A stretch of 64,000 nucleotides of DNA from an uncultured Actinomycetes bacterium (GTDB lineage: Bacteria > Actinomycetota > Thermoleophilia > Gaiellales > Gaiellaceae), in assembly GCA_963736295.1 (NCBI GenBank), contig CAVTOH010000002.1:145822-209821 (forward strand). The letters are read 5' to 3'. The translations under genes were made by a program, and so were the position numbers. The notes beneath the pieces were generated by a model that was not told where the DNA came from, ran no database searches, and worked only from the letters and a program-made list of their open reading frames with translations. Every line of letters begins with the position of its first letter. Within the stretch, counting starts at the first letter, position 1. This document shows positions 63,468-64,000 of the stretch, in pieces.

Positions 63468-63491
63468 TCCCGGGTCGCCAACGCCCAGCGT

Positions 63492-63524
63492 CTTAACAAT
63501 CGGTGTCAGACACCAATTGTTAAG
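63492..63524. repeat. 16-bp near-perfect inverted repeat (hairpin) upstream of the Y1 transposase
   Basis: CTTAACAATCGGTGTC-a-GACACCAATTGTTAAG (one mismatch). AT-rich, in a local GC trough. Confidence 0.6.
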
Positions 63525-63592
63525 TGCATCGAGACTGCGTCAATCGATCCACGGGAGTCCGATTCTCAACTCGCGCTCCGTACGGTGGCTGC

Positions 63593-64000
63593 ATGGGGCG
63601 ACCGGCGCGAGACTTCACTCCCGGAGGGATCTACCACCTCTACGCCAGGGGAAGTAATCGGCAGTCGATCTTCACATTCGACTCCGATCGCATCGACTTC
63701 CTCGATTGCCTCGATCACGTGGTGGGAGCAAGCGGACTGACCTGCCTCGCCTACTGCCTCATGGCTAACCACTACCACCTCGTCGTCCACACGCTCGACG
63801 GGGACGTCTCGAAAGCAATGAAGGGGCTGAACGGTCGGTACGCACTCCGCTTCAACCGACGGTACAACCGCGATGCACACGTGTTCAAGAACCGCTTCGG
63901 AGCGGTCAGACAAACGACCGAGCCTCAGCTTCTCTGGACGCTTCGGTACACGGTCATGAATCCTGTCCGAAGCGGTCTCTGCGGCTCCCCGGACGAGTGG
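63593..64000 (+). mobile_element. IS200/IS605-type Y1 (HUH) transposase, REP-associated tyrosine transposase (RAYT)-like; runs off the window
   Basis: My own translation of the + frame from ATG 63593: MGRPARDFTPGGIYHLYARGSNRQSIF...CLAYCLMANHYHLVVHT (HUH)...RYNRDAHVFKNRFGAV...LRYTVMNPVRSGL (catalytic Tyr motif). It is not in the supplied ORF track, which does list an antisense ORF here (63566..63913 -). Visibly lower GC than the neighbours. Confidence 0.8.

Noticed and set aside
1-64000. CRISPR arrays, rRNA genes, prophage or defence-system genes
   Set aside because: - I saw no regularly spaced direct repeats.
- I saw no cas, integrase, restriction, toxin-antitoxin or phage structural signatures on either strand.

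Overview
Very GC-rich chromosomal segment (by eye about 70% G+C, not computed), gene-dense and actinobacterial in style. GC3-rich codons, frequent GTG/TTG starts, ATGA/GTGA start-stop overlaps and many long Arg/Ala/Pro-rich shadow ORFs opposite the real genes all fit this. I can support about 68 protein-coding loci, 4 tRNA genes (His-GTG, Arg-TCT, Gly-TCC, Pro-TGG), several stem-loop terminators and a few candidate regulatory sites. I saw no rRNA and no CRISPR array.

Housekeeping genes recognised from motifs:
- rsgA, ispH, ileS, trxA, fabI, cca, alr, nnr, acpS, arfB
- a MetE-type methionine synthase, CtaG, and a NuoE-NuoF fusion

Accessory-looking content:
- A Zn-transporter/MetE/homocysteine-methyltransferase-fusion cluster.
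- A HisKA_3/LuxR two-component locus with CPBP protease, MMPL transporter and GIN-domain protein. Two paralogous ~100-nt conserved leaders lie in this locus.
- A stress-type block: FAD oxidoreductase-CBS fusion, GNAT-ACS Pat-like acetyltransferase, USP and CBS-BON.
- A MacB-type ABC exporter.
- An ECF sigma/anti-sigma pair next to secreted beta-propeller proteins.
- A 3-gene SipW-like signal peptidase cassette inserted between nnr and alr.
- A lower-GC IS200/RAYT-type Y1 transposase at the right edge.

Two observations stand out:
1. An AhpE-like peroxiredoxin has its peroxidatic-Cys codon replaced by an in-frame TGA, followed by a SECIS-like hairpin. It is either a candidate selenoprotein or a nonsense pseudogene.
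2. At least 9 genes are broken by single-nucleotide frame changes, and these are strongly clustered. Three genes carry 3 to 9 each, while long genes of 2.2-3.1 kb (MMPL, Pat-like, FtsX permease, ileS) read through intact. This indicates either real pseudogenisation or local assembly error, and I cannot tell which from sequence alone.

All homology statements come from motif and family recognition by eye. No database search was run.
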